Source: Naegleria gruberi (lineage: Eukaryota). Taken from it: a stretch of 37,049 nt of DNA. Position 1 is the stretch's first letter, and every line of letters begins with the position of its first letter. Shown piece by piece: positions 8,347 to 20,300 of this stretch. The stretch lies in assembly GCA_000004985.1 (NCBI GenBank), contig GG739043.1, one strand, 5' to 3'. The notes below the pieces were generated by a model. That model had not been told where the DNA came from, did not search any database, and saw only the letters and a list, made by a program, of their open reading frames with translations. Position numbers and translations under genes: made by a program.

Positions 8347-11300
8347 NNNNNNNNNNNNNNNNNNNNNNNNNNNNNNNNNNNNNNNNNNNNNNNNNNNNNN
8401 NNNNNNNNNNNNNNNNNNNNNNNNNNNNNNNNNNNNNNNNNNNNNNNNNNNNNNNNNNNNNNNNNNNNNNNNNNNNNNNNNNNNNNNNNNNNNNNNNNNN
8501 NNNNNNNNNNNNNNNNNNNNNNNNNNNNNNNNNNNNNNNNNNNNNNNNNNNNNNNNNNNNNNNNNNNNNNNNNNNNNNNNNNNNNNNNNNNNNNNNNNNN
8601 NNNNNNNNNNNNNNNNNNNNNNNNNNNNNNNNNNNNNNNNNNNNNNNNNNNNNNNNNNNNNNNNNNNNNNNNNNNNNNNNNNNNNNNNNNNNNNNNNNNN
8701 NNNNNNNNNNNNNNNNNNNNNNNNNNNNNNNNNNNNNNNNNNNNNNNNNNNNNNNNNNNNNNNNNNNNNNNNNNNNNNNNNNNNNNNNNNNNNNNNNNNN
8801 NNNNNNNNNNNNNNNNNNNNNNNNNNNNNNNNNNNNNNNNNNNNNNNNNNNNNNNNNNNNNNNNNNNNNNNNNNNNNNNNNNNNNNNNNNNNNNNNNNNN
8901 NNNNNNNNNNNNNNNNNNNNNNNNNNNNNNNNNNNNNNNNNNNNNNNNNNNNNNNNNNNNNNNNNNNNNNNNNNNNNNNNNNNNNNNNNNNNNNNNNNNN
9001 NNNNNNNNNNNNNNNNNNNNNNNNNNNNNNNNNNNNNNNNNNNNNNNNNNNNNNNNNNNNNNNNNNNNNNNNNNNNNNNNNNNNNNNNNNNNNNNNNNNN
9101 NNNNNNNNNNNNNNNNNNNNNNNNNNNNNNNNNNNNNNNNNNNNNNNNNNNNNNNNNNNNNNNNNNNNNNNNNNNNNNNNNNNNNNNNNNNNNNNNNNNN
9201 NNNNNNNNNNNNNNNNNNNNNNNNNNNNNNNNNNNNNNNNNNNNNNNNNNNNNNNNNNNNNNNNNNNNNNNNNNNNNNNNNNNNNNNNNNNNNNNNNNNN
9301 NNNNNNNNNNNNNNNNNNNNNNNNNNNNNNNNNNNNNNNNNNNNNNNNNNNNNNNNNNNNNNNNNNNNNNNNNNNNNNNNNNNNNNNNNNNNNNNNNNNN
9401 NNNNNNNNNNNNNNNNNNNNNNNNNNNNNNNNNNNNNNNNNNNNNNNNNNNNNNNNNNNNNNNNNNNNNNNNNNNNNNNNNNNNNNNNNNNNNNNNNNNN
9501 NNNNNNNNNNNNNNNNNNNNNNNNNNNNNNNNNNNNNNNNNNNNNNNNNNNNNNNNNNNNNNNNNNNNNNNNNNNNNNNNNNNNNNNNNNNNNNNNNNNN
9601 NNNNNNNNNNNNNNNNNNNNNNNNNNNNNNNNNNNNNNNNNNNNNNNNNNNNNNNNNNNNNNNNNNNNNNNNNNNNNNNNNNNNNNNNNNNNNNNNNNNN
9701 NNNNNNNNNNNNNNNNNNNNNNNNNNNNNNNNNNNNNNNNNNNNNNNNNNNNNNNNNNNNNNNNNNNNNNNNNNNNNNNNNNNNNNNNNNNNNNNNNNNN
9801 NNNNNNNNNNNNNNNNNNNNNNNNNNNNNNNNNNNNNNNNNNNNNNNNNNNNNNNNNNNNNNNNNNNNNNNNNNNNNNNNNNNNNNNNNNNNNNNNNNNN
9901 NNNNNNNNNNNNNNNNNNNNNNNNNNNNNNNNNNNNNNNNNNNNNNNNNNNNNNNNNNNNNNNNNNNNNNNNNNNNNNNNNNNNNNNNNNNNNNNNNNNN
10001 NNNNNNNNNNNNNNNNNNNNNNNNNNNNNNNNNNNNNNNNNNNNNNNNNNNNNNNNNNNNNNNNNNNNNNNNNNNNNNNNNNNNNNNNNNNNNNNNNNNN
10101 NNNNNNNNNNNNNNNNNNNNNNNNNNNNNNNNNNNNNNNNNNNNNNNNNNNNNNNNNNNNNNNNNNNNNNNNNNNNNNNNNNNNNNNNNNNNNNNNNNNN
10201 NNNNNNNNNNNNNNNNNNNNNNNNNNNNNNNNNNNNNNNNNNNNNNNNNNNNNNNNNNNNNNNNNNNNNNNNNNNNNNNNNNNNNNNNNNNNNNNNNNNN
10301 NNNNNNNNNNNNNNNNNNNNNNNNNNNNNNNNNNNNNNNNNNNNNNNNNNNNNNNNNNNNNNNNNNNNNNNNNNNNNNNNNNNNNNNNNNNNNNNNNNNN
10401 NNNNNNNNNNNNNNNNNNNNNNNNNNNNNNNNNNNNNNNNNNNNNNNNNNNNNNNNNNNNNNNNNNNNNNNNNNNNNNNNNNNNNNNNNNNNNNNNNNNN
10501 NNNNNNNNNNNNNNNNNNNNNNNNNNNNNNNNNNNNNNNNNNNNNNNNNNNNNNNNNNNNNNNNNNNNNNNNNNNNNNNNNNNNNNNNNNNNNNNNNNNN
10601 NNNNNNNNNNNNNNNNNNNNNNNNNNNNNNNNNNNNNNNNNNNNNNNNNNNNNNNNNNNNNNNNNNNNNNNNNNNNNNNNNNNNNNNNNNNNNNNNNNNN
10701 NNNNNNNNNNNNNNNNNNNNNNNNNNNNNNNNNNNNNNNNNNNNNNNNNNNNNNNNNNNNNNNNNNNNNNNNNNNNNNNNNNNNNNNNNNNNNNNNNNNN
10801 NNNNNNNNNNNNNNNNNNNNNNNNNNNNNNNNNNNNNNNNNNNNNNNNNNNNNNNNNNNNNNNNNNNNNNNNNNNNNNNNNNNNNNNNNNNNNNNNNNNN
10901 NNNNNNNNNNNNNNNNNNNNNNNNNNNNNNNNNNNNNNNNNNNNNNNNNNNNNNNNNNNNNNNNNNNNNNNNNNNNNNNNNNNNNNNNNNNNNNNNNNNN
11001 NNNNNNNNNNNNNNNNNNNNNNNNNNNNNNNNNNNNNNNNNNNNNNNNNNNNNNNNNNNNNNNNNNNNNNNNNNNNNNNNNNNNNNNNNNNNNNNNNNNN
11101 NNNNNNNNNNNNNNNNNNNNNNNNNNNNNNNNNNNNNNNNNNNNNNNNNNNNNNNNNNNNNNNNNNNNNNNNNNNNNNNNNNNNNNNNNNNNNNNNNNNN
11201 NNNNNNNNNNNNNNNNNNNNNNNNNNNNNNNNNNNNNNNNNNNNNNNNNNNNNNNNNNNNNNNNNNNNNNNNNNNNNNNNNNNNNNNNNNNNNNNNNNNN

Positions 11301-14300
11301 NNNNNNNNNNNNNNNNNNNNNNNNNNNNNNNNNNNNNNNNNNNNNNNNNNNNNNNNNNNNNNNNNNNNNNNNNNNNNNNNNNNNNNNNNNNNNNNNNNNN
11401 NNNNNNNNNNNNNNNNNNNNNNNNNNNNNNNNNNNNNNNNNNNNNNNNNNNNNNNNNNNNNNNNNNNNNNNNNNNNNNNNNNNNNNNNNNNNNNNNNNNN
11501 NNNNNNNNNNNNNNNNNNNNNNNNNNNNNNNNNNNNNNNNNNNNNNNNNNNNNNNNNNNNNNNNNNNNNNNNNNNNNNNNNNNNNNNNNNNNNNNNNNNN
11601 NNNNNNNNNNNNNNNNNNNNNNNNNNNNNNNNNNNNNNNNNNNNNNNNNNNNNNNNNNNNNNNNNNNNNNNNNNNNNNNNNNNNNNNNNNNNNNNNNNNN
11701 NNNNNNNNNNNNNNNNNNNNNNNNNNNNNNNNNNNNNNNNNNNNNNNNNNNNNNNNNNNNNNNNNNNNNNNNNNNNNNNNNNNNNNNNNNNNNNNNNNNN
11801 NNNNNNNNNNNNNNNNNNNNNNNNNNNNNNNNNNNNNNNNNNNNNNNNNNNNNNNNNNNNNNNNNNNNNNNNNNNNNNNNNNNNNNNNNNNNNNNNNNNN
11901 NNNNNNNNNNNNNNNNNNNNNNNNNNNNNNNNNNNNNNNNNNNNNNNNNNNNNNNNNNNNNNNNNNNNNNNNNNNNNNNNNNNNNNNNNNNNNNNNNNNN
12001 NNNNNNNNNNNNNNNNNNNNNNNNNNNNNNNNNNNNNNNNNNNNNNNNNNNNNNNNNNNNNNNNNNNNNNNNNNNNNNNNNNNNNNNNNNNNNNNNNNNN
12101 NNNNNNNNNNNNNNNNNNNNNNNNNNNNNNNNNNNNNNNNNNNNNNNNNNNNNNNNNNNNNNNNNNNNNNNNNNNNNNNNNNNNNNNNNNNNNNNNNNNN
12201 NNNNNNNNNNNNNNNNNNNNNNNNNNNNNNNNNNNNNNNNNNNNNNNNNNNNNNNNNNNNNNNNNNNNNNNNNNNNNNNNNNNNNNNNNNNNNNNNNNNN
12301 NNNNNNNNNNNNNNNNNNNNNNNNNNNNNNNNNNNNNNNNNNNNNNNNNNNNNNNNNNNNNNNNNNNNNNNNNNNNNNNNNNNNNNNNNNNNNNNNNNNN
12401 NNNNNNNNNNNNNNNNNNNNNNNNNNNNNNNNNNNNNNNNNNNNNNNNNNNNNNNNNNNNNNNNNNNNNNNNNNNNNNNNNNNNNNNNNNNNNNNNNNNN
12501 NNNNNNNNNNNNNNNNNNNNNNNNNNNNNNNNNNNNNNNNNNNNNNNNNNNNNNNNNNNNNNNNNNNNNNNNNNNNNNNNNNNNNNNNNNNNNNNNNNNN
12601 NNNNNNNNNNNNNNNNNNNNNNNNNNNNNNNNNNNNNNNNNNNNNNNNNNNNNNNNNNNNNNNNNNNNNNNNNNNNNNNNNNNNNNNNNNNNNNNNNNNN
12701 NNNNNNNNNNNNNNNNNNNNNNNNNNNNNNNNNNNNNNNNNNNNNNNNNNNNNNNNNNNNNNNNNNNNNNNNNNNNNNNNNNNNNNNNNNNNNNNNNNNN
12801 NNNNNNNNNNNNNNNNNNNNNNNNNNNNNNNNNNNNNNNNNNNNNNNNNNNNNNNNNNNNNNNNNNNNNNNNNNNNNNNNNNNNNNNNNNNNNNNNNNNN
12901 NNNNNNNNNNNNNNNNNNNNNNNNNNNNNNNNNNNNNNNNNNNNNNNNNNNNNNNNNNNNNNNNNNNNNNNNNNNNNNNNNNNNNNNNNNNNNNNNNNNN
13001 NNNNNNNNNNNNNNNNNNNNNNNNNNNNNNNNNNNNNNNNNNNNNNNNNNNNNNNNNNNNNNNNNNNNNNNNNNNNNNNNNNNNNNNNNNNNNNNNNNNN
13101 NNNNNNNNNNNNNNNNNNNNNNNNNNNNNNNNNNNNNNNNNNNNNNNNNNNNNNNNNNNNNNNNNNNNNNNNNNNNNNNNNNNNNNNNNNNNNNNNNNNN
13201 NNNNNNNNNNNNNNNNNNNNNNNNNNNNNNNNNNNNNNNNNNNNNNNNNNNNNNNNNNNNNNNNNNNNNNNNNNNNNNNNNNNNNNNNNNNNNNNNNNNN
13301 NNNNNNNNNNNNNNNNNNNNNNNNNNNNNNNNNNNNNNNNNNNNNNNNNNNNNNNNNNNNNNNNNNNNNNNNNNNNNNNNNNNNNNNNNNNNNNNNNNNN
13401 NNNNNNNNNNNNNNNNNNNNNNNNNNNNNNNNNNNNNNNNNNNNNNNNNNNNNNNNNNNNNNNNNNNNNNNNNNNNNNNNNNNNNNNNNNNNNNNNNNNN
13501 NNNNNNNNNNNNNNNNNNNNNNNNNNNNNNNNNNNNNNNNNNNNNNNNNNNNNNNNNNNNNNNNNNNNNNNNNNNNNNNNNNNNNNNNNNNNNNNNNNNN
13601 NNNNNNNNNNNNNNNNNNNNNNNNNNNNNNNNNNNNNNNNNNNNNNNNNNNNNNNNNNNNNNNNNNNNNNNNNNNNNNNNNNNNNNNNNNNNNNNNNNNN
13701 NNNNNNNNNNNNNNNNNNNNNNNNNNNNNNNNNNNNNNNNNNNNNNNNNNNNNNNNNNNNNNNNNNNNNNNNNNNNNNNNNNNNNNNNNNNNNNNNNNNN
13801 NNNNNNNNNNNNNNNNNNNNNNNNNNNNNNNNNNNNNNNNNNNNNNNNNNNNNNNNNNNNNNNNNNNNNNNNNNNNNNNNNNNNNNNNNNNNNNNNNNNN
13901 NNNNNNNNNNNNNNNNNNNNNNNNNNNNNNNNNNNNNNNNNNNNNNNNNNNNNNNNNNNNNNNNNNNNNNNNNNNNNNNNNNNNNNNNNNNNNNNNNNNN
14001 NNNNNNNNNNNNNNNNNNNNNNNNNNNNNNNNNNNNNNNNNNNNNNNNNNNNNNNNNNNNNNNNNNNNNNNNNNNNNNNNNNNNNNNNNNNNNNNNNNNN
14101 NNNNNNNNNNNNNNNNNNNNNNNNNNNNNNNNNNNNNNNNNNNNNNNNNNNNNNNNNNNNNNNNNNNNNNNNNNNNNNNNNNNNNNNNNNNNNNNNNNNN
14201 NNNNNNNNNNNNNNNNNNNNNNNNNNNNNNNNNNNNNNNNNNNNNNNNNNNNNNNNNNNNNNNNNNNNNNNNNNNNNNNNNNNNNNNNNNNNNNNNNNNN

Positions 14301-17300
14301 NNNNNNNNNNNNNNNNNNNNNNNNNNNNNNNNNNNNNNNNNNNNNNNNNNNNNNNNNNNNNNNNNNNNNNNNNNNNNNNNNNNNNNNNNNNNNNNNNNNN
14401 NNNNNNNNNNNNNNNNNNNNNNNNNNNNNNNNNNNNNNNNNNNNNNNNNNNNNNNNNNNNNNNNNNNNNNNNNNNNNNNNNNNNNNNNNNNNNNNNNNNN
14501 NNNNNNNNNNNNNNNNNNNNNNNNNNNNNNNNNNNNNNNNNNNNNNNNNNNNNNNNNNNNNNNNNNNNNNNNNNNNNNNNNNNNNNNNNNNNNNNNNNNN
14601 NNNNNNNNNNNNNNNNNNNNNNNNNNNNNNNNNNNNNNNNNNNNNNNNNNNNNNNNNNNNNNNNNNNNNNNNNNNNNNNNNNNNNNNNNNNNNNNNNNNN
14701 NNNNNNNNNNNNNNNNNNNNNNNNNNNNNNNNNNNNNNNNNNNNNNNNNNNNNNNNNNNNNNNNNNNNNNNNNNNNNNNNNNNNNNNNNNNNNNNNNNNN
14801 NNNNNNNNNNNNNNNNNNNNNNNNNNNNNNNNNNNNNNNNNNNNNNNNNNNNNNNNNNNNNNNNNNNNNNNNNNNNNNNNNNNNNNNNNNNNNNNNNNNN
14901 NNNNNNNNNNNNNNNNNNNNNNNNNNNNNNNNNNNNNNNNNNNNNNNNNNNNNNNNNNNNNNNNNNNNNNNNNNNNNNNNNNNNNNNNNNNNNNNNNNNN
15001 NNNNNNNNNNNNNNNNNNNNNNNNNNNNNNNNNNNNNNNNNNNNNNNNNNNNNNNNNNNNNNNNNNNNNNNNNNNNNNNNNNNNNNNNNNNNNNNNNNNN
15101 NNNNNNNNNNNNNNNNNNNNNNNNNNNNNNNNNNNNNNNNNNNNNNNNNNNNNNNNNNNNNNNNNNNNNNNNNNNNNNNNNNNNNNNNNNNNNNNNNNNN
15201 NNNNNNNNNNNNNNNNNNNNNNNNNNNNNNNNNNNNNNNNNNNNNNNNNNNNNNNNNNNNNNNNNNNNNNNNNNNNNNNNNNNNNNNNNNNNNNNNNNNN
15301 NNNNNNNNNNNNNNNNNNNNNNNNNNNNNNNNNNNNNNNNNNNNNNNNNNNNNNNNNNNNNNNNNNNNNNNNNNNNNNNNNNNNNNNNNNNNNNNNNNNN
15401 NNNNNNNNNNNNNNNNNNNNNNNNNNNNNNNNNNNNNNNNNNNNNNNNNNNNNNNNNNNNNNNNNNNNNNNNNNNNNNNNNNNNNNNNNNNNNNNNNNNN
15501 NNNNNNNNNNNNNNNNNNNNNNNNNNNNNNNNNNNNNNNNNNNNNNNNNNNNNNNNNNNNNNNNNNNNNNNNNNNNNNNNNNNNNNNNNNNNNNNNNNNN
15601 NNNNNNNNNNNNNNNNNNNNNNNNNNNNNNNNNNNNNNNNNNNNNNNNNNNNNNNNNNNNNNNNNNNNNNNNNNNNNNNNNNNNNNNNNNNNNNNNNNNN
15701 NNNNNNNNNNNNNNNNNNNNNNNNNNNNNNNNNNNNNNNNNNNNNNNNNNNNNNNNNNNNNNNNNNNNNNNNNNNNNNNNNNNNNNNNNNNNNNNNNNNN
15801 NNNNNNNNNNNNNNNNNNNNNNNNNNNNNNNNNNNNNNNNNNNNNNNNNNNNNNNNNNNNNNNNNNNNNNNNNNNNNNNNNNNNNNNNNNNNNNNNNNNN
15901 NNNNNNNNNNNNNNNNNNNNNNNNNNNNNNNNNNNNNNNNNNNNNNNNNNNNNNNNNNNNNNNNNNNNNNNNNNNNNNNNNNNNNNNNNNNNNNNNNNNN
16001 NNNNNNNNNNNNNNNNNNNNNNNNNNNNNNNNNNNNNNNNNNNNNNNNNNNNNNNNNNNNNNNNNNNNNNNNNNNNNNNNNNNNNNNNNNNNNNNNNNNN
16101 NNNNNNNNNNNNNNNNNNNNNNNNNNNNNNNNNNNNNNNNNNNNNNNNNNNNNNNNNNNNNNNNNNNNNNNNNNNNNNNNNNNNNNNNNNNNNNNNNNNN
16201 NNNNNNNNNNNNNNNNNNNNNNNNNNNNNNNNNNNNNNNNNNNNNNNNNNNNNNNNNNNNNNNNNNNNNNNNNNNNNNNNNNNNNNNNNNNNNNNNNNNN
16301 NNNNNNNNNNNNNNNNNNNNNNNNNNNNNNNNNNNNNNNNNNNNNNNNNNNNNNNNNNNNNNNNNNNNNNNNNNNNNNNNNNNNNNNNNNNNNNNNNNNN
16401 NNNNNNNNNNNNNNNNNNNNNNNNNNNNNNNNNNNNNNNNNNNNNNNNNNNNNNNNNNNNNNNNNNNNNNNNNNNNNNNNNNNNNNNNNNNNNNNNNNNN
16501 NNNNNNNNNNNNNNNNNNNNNNNNNNNNNNNNNNNNNNNNNNNNNNNNNNNNNNNNNNNNNNNNNNNNNNNNNNNNNNNNNNNNNNNNNNNNNNNNNNNN
16601 NNNNNNNNNNNNNNNNNNNNNNNNNNNNNNNNNNNNNNNNNNNNNNNNNNNNNNNNNNNNNNNNNNNNNNNNNNNNNNNNNNNNNNNNNNNNNNNNNNNN
16701 NNNNNNNNNNNNNNNNNNNNNNNNNNNNNNNNNNNNNNNNNNNNNNNNNNNNNNNNNNNNNNNNNNNNNNNNNNNNNNNNNNNNNNNNNNNNNNNNNNNN
16801 NNNNNNNNNNNNNNNNNNNNNNNNNNNNNNNNNNNNNNNNNNNNNNNNNNNNNNNNNNNNNNNNNNNNNNNNNNNNNNNNNNNNNNNNNNNNNNNNNNNN
16901 NNNNNNNNNNNNNNNNNNNNNNNNNNNNNNNNNNNNNNNNNNNNNNNNNNNNNNNNNNNNNNNNNNNNNNNNNNNNNNNNNNNNNNNNNNNNNNNNNNNN
17001 NNNNNNNNNNNNNNNNNNNNNNNNNNNNNNNNNNNNNNNNNNNNNNNNNNNNNNNNNNNNNNNNNNNNNNNNNNNNNNNNNNNNNNNNNNNNNNNNNNNN
17101 NNNNNNNNNNNNNNNNNNNNNNNNNNNNNNNNNNNNNNNNNNNNNNNNNNNNNNNNNNNNNNNNNNNNNNNNNNNNNNNNNNNNNNNNNNNNNNNNNNNN
17201 NNNNNNNNNNNNNNNNNNNNNNNNNNNNNNNNNNNNNNNNNNNNNNNNNNNNNNNNNNNNNNNNNNNNNNNNNNNNNNNNNNNNNNNNNNNNNNNNNNNN

Positions 17301-20300
17301 NNNNNNNNNNNNNNNNNNNNNNNNNNNNNNNNNNNNNNNNNNNNNNNNNNNNNNNNNNNNNNNNNNNNNNNNNNNNNNNNNNNNNNNNNNNNNNNNNNNN
17401 NNNNNNNNNNNNNNNNNNNNNNNNNNNNNNNNNNNNNNNNNNNNNNNNNNNNNNNNNNNNNNNNNNNNNNNNNNNNNNNNNNNNNNNNNNNNNNNNNNNN
17501 NNNNNNNNNNNNNNNNNNNNNNNNNNNNNNNNNNNNNNNNNNNNNNNNNNNNNNNNNNNNNNNNNNNNNNNNNNNNNNNNNNNNNNNNNNNNNNNNNNNN
17601 NNNNNNNNNNNNNNNNNNNNNNNNNNNNNNNNNNNNNNNNNNNNNNNNNNNNNNNNNNNNNNNNNNNNNNNNNNNNNNNNNNNNNNNNNNNNNNNNNNNN
17701 NNNNNNNNNNNNNNNNNNNNNNNNNNNNNNNNNNNNNNNNNNNNNNNNNNNNNNNNNNNNNNNNNNNNNNNNNNNNNNNNNNNNNNNNNNNNNNNNNNNN
17801 NNNNNNNNNNNNNNNNNNNNNNNNNNNNNNNNNNNNNNNNNNNNNNNNNNNNNNNNNNNNNNNNNNNNNNNNNNNNNNNNNNNNNNNNNNNNNNNNNNNN
17901 NNNNNNNNNNNNNNNNNNNNNNNNNNNNNNNNNNNNNNNNNNNNNNNNNNNNNNNNNNNNNNNNNNNNNNNNNNNNNNNNNNNNNNNNNNNNNNNNNNNN
18001 NNNNNNNNNNNNNNNNNNNNNNNNNNNNNNNNNNNNNNNNNNNNNNNNNNNNNNNNNNNNNNNNNNNNNNNNNNNNNNNNNNNNNNNNNNNNNNNNNNNN
18101 NNNNNNNNNNNNNNNNNNNNNNNNNNNNNNNNNNNNNNNNNNNNNNNNNNNNNNNNNNNNNNNNNNNNNNNNNNNNNNNNNNNNNNNNNNNNNNNNNNNN
18201 NNNNNNNNNNNNNNNNNNNNNNNNNNNNNNNNNNNNNNNNNNNNNNNNNNNNNNNNNNNNNNNNNNNNNNNNNNNNNNNNNNNNNNNNNNNNNNNNNNNN
18301 NNNNNNNNNNNNNNNNNNNNNNNNNNNNNNNNNNNNNNNNNNNNNNNNNNNNNNNNNNNNNNNNNNNNNNNNNNNNNNNNNNNNNNNNNNNNNNNNNNNN
18401 NNNNNNNNNNNNNNNNNNNNNNNNNNNNNNNNNNNNNNNNNNNNNNNNNNNNNNNNNNNNNNNNNNNNNNNNNNNNNNNNNNNNNNNNNNNNNNNNNNNN
18501 NNNNNNNNNNNNNNNNNNNNNNNNNNNNNNNNNNNNNNNNNNNNNNNNNNNNNNNNNNNNNNNNNNNNNNNNNNNNNNNNNNNNNNNNNNNNNNNNNNNN
18601 NNNNNNNNNNNNNNNNNNNNNNNNNNNNNNNNNNNNNNNNNNNNNNNNNNNNNNNNNNNNNNNNNNNNNNNNNNNNNNNNNNNNNNNNNNNNNNNNNNNN
18701 NNNNNNNNNNNNNNNNNNNNNNNNNNNNNNNNNNNNNNNNNNNNNNNNNNNNNNNNNNNNNNNNNNNNNNNNNNNNNNNNNNNNNNNNNNNNNNNNNNNN
18801 NNNNNNNNNNNNNNNNNNNNNNNNNNNNNNNNNNNNNNNNNNNNNNNNNNNNNNNNNNNNNNNNNNNNNNNNNNNNNNNNNNNNNNNNNNNNNNNNNNNN
18901 NNNNNNNNNNNNNNNNNNNNNNNNNNNNNNNNNNNNNNNNNNNNNNNNNNNNNNNNNNNNNNNNNNNNNNNNNNNNNNNNNNNNNNNNNNNNNNNNNNNN
19001 NNNNNNNNNNNNNNNNNNNNNNNNNNNNNNNNNNNNNNNNNNNNNNNNNNNNNNNNNNNNNNNNNNNNNNNNNNNNNNNNNNNNNNNNNNNNNNNNNNNN
19101 NNNNNNNNNNNNNNNNNNNNNNNNNNNNNNNNNNNNNNNNNNNNNNNNNNNNNNNNNNNNNNNNNNNNNNNNNNNNNNNNNNNNNNNNNNNNNNNNNNNN
19201 NNNNNNNNNNNNNNNNNNNNNNNNNNNNNNNNNNNNNNNNNNNNNNNNNNNNNNNNNNNNNNNNNNNNNNNNNNNNNNNNNNNNNNNNNNNNNNNNNNNN
19301 NNNNNNNNNNNNNNNNNNNNNNNNNNNNNNNNNNNNNNNNNNNNNNNNNNNNNNNNNNNNNNNNNNNNNNNNNNNNNNNNNNNNNNNNNNNNNNNNNNNN
19401 NNNNNNNNNNNNNNNNNNNNNNNNNNNNNNNNNNNNNNNNNNNNNNNNNNNNNNNNNNNNNNNNNNNNNNNNNNNNNNNNNNNNNNNNNNNNNNNNNNNN
19501 NNNNNNNNNNNNNNNNNNNNNNNNNNNNNNNNNNNNNNNNNNNNNNNNNNNNNNNNNNNNNNNNNNNNNNNNNNNNNNNNNNNNNNNNNNNNNNNNNNNN
19601 NNNNNNNNNNNNNNNNNNNNNNNNNNNNNNNNNNNNNNNNNNNNNNNNNNNNNNNNNNNNNNNNNNNNNNNNNNNNNNNNNNNNNNNNNNNNNNNNNNNN
19701 NNNNNNNNNNNNNNNNNNNNNNNNNNNNNNNNNNNNNNNNNNNNNNNNNNNNNNNNNNNNNNNNNNNNNNNNNNNNNNNNNNNNNNNNNNNNNNNNNNNN
19801 NNNNNNNNNNNNNNNNNNNNNNNNNNNNNNNNNNNNNNNNNNNNNNNNNNNNNNNNNNNNNNNNNNNNNNNNNNNNNNNNNNNNNNNNNNNNNNNNNNNN
19901 NNNNNNNNNNNNNNNNNNNNNNNNNNNNNNNNNNNNNNNNNNNNNNNNNNNNNNNNNNNNNNNNNNNNNNNNNNNNNNNNNNNNNNNNNNNNNNNNNNNN
20001 NNNNNNNNNNNNNNNNNNNNNNNNNNNNNNNNNNNNNNNNNNNNNNNNNNNNNNNNNNNNNNNNNNNNNNNNNNNNNNNNNNNNNNNNNNNNNNNNNNNN
20101 NNNNNNNNNNNNNNNNNNNNNNNNNNNNNNNNNNNNNNNNNNNNNNNNNNNNNNNNNNNNNNNNNNNNNNNNNNNNNNNNNNNNNNNNNNNNNNNNNNNN
20201 NNNNNNNNNNNNNNNNNNNNNNNNNNNNNNNNNNNNNNNNNNNNNNNNNNNNNNNNNNNNNNNNNNNNNNNNNNNNNNNNNNNNNNNNNNNNNNNNNNNN